DNA of 16,888 nucleotides from a bacterium (GTDB lineage Bacteria; Margulisbacteria; WOR-1; O2-12-FULL-45-9; XYB2-FULL-48-7): contig JBDRLW010000033.1 in assembly GCA_043812655.1 (NCBI GenBank), positions 1-16,888 of the forward strand, in the 5' to 3' direction. A model generated the notes under the pieces. That model did not search any database, had not been told where the DNA came from, and saw only the letters and a list, made by a program, of their open reading frames with translations. This document shows positions 16,566 through 16,888 of the stretch, one piece after another. The translations under genes and the position numbers were made by a program. Positions within the stretch are counted from its first letter, which is position 1. Every line of letters begins with the position of its first letter.

Positions 16566-16888
16566 ATGGATACGAACGCGAAACAAATTATTAAGACGCT
16601 AAAATCGGCCGGGTTTGCCGCTTACCTGGTCGGCGGCGCGGTCCGCGATTCCTTGCTCGGCAAGGCGCCCAAAGAGTGGGATATCACGACCGCCGCGAAA
16701 CCCGATGAAGTCGCCAAGCTTTTTCCCAAAGTCATTCCGACCGGGATCGATTACGGGACTGTCACAGTTTTACTGGACAAGACTCCCTACGAGGTCACCA
16801 CTTTTCGGGCTGACGAAAAATACGTTGACGGGCGGCATCCTTCGAACGTTAAATTTACCAGCGACATCCATCAAGACCTGGCCCGGCG
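16566..16888 (+). CDS. cca: Class II tRNA nucleotidyltransferase (CCA-adding enzyme / poly(A) polymerase family), 3'-truncated by the window edge
   Basis: Manual translation: MDTNAKQIIKTLKSAGFAAYLVGGAVRDSLLGKAPKEWDITT...GIDYGTVTV...EVTTFRAD..Y.DGRHP..V.F...IHQDLAR. Confidence 0.92.
   Translation, partial: MDTNAKQIIKTLKSAGFAAYLVGGAVRDSLLGKAPKEWDITTAAKPDEVAKLFPKVIPTGIDYGTVTVLLDKTPYEVTTFRADEKYVDGRHPSNVKFTSDIHQDLAR

Noticed and set aside
4500..16888. Genomic island integrated at the tmRNA 3' end
   Set aside because: No integrase and no duplicate of the tmRNA 3' sequence (CAGCTCCACCA) found by eye in the window.

Overview
Bacterial chromosomal window with no mobile-element or CRISPR signature. 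Gene style suggests an uncultured lineage such as Margulisbacteria/Saganbacteria (WOR-1), but that is an unverified impression. The core is a dut-dapB-smpB-orf-orf-ssrA (tmRNA) run. It is followed by a PAS-PAS histidine kinase split by a one-base frameshift in a G7 tract, two stand-alone receiver proteins, a DUF4015-like glycoside hydrolase, a membrane-anchored GAF histidine kinase, a B12-binding radical SAM enzyme, a large orphan with a GAF-like region and a C-terminal GNAT-like domain, a GT39/ArnT-like glycosyltransferase and the 5' part of a CCA-adding enzyme. Most notable signals: (1) a bipartite motif TGAAATTTC-N10/11-(AT|CC)CGATA with sigma28-like geometry upstream of three unrelated accessory transcription units; (2) two adjacent orphan genes sharing an unrecognised ~100-aa helical domain, possibly with swapped module order; (3) a tmRNA with a long 29-residue tag; (4) three intergenic 7-nt-periodic repeat/inverted-repeat elements; (5) back-to-back promoters predicting leaderless mRNAs.
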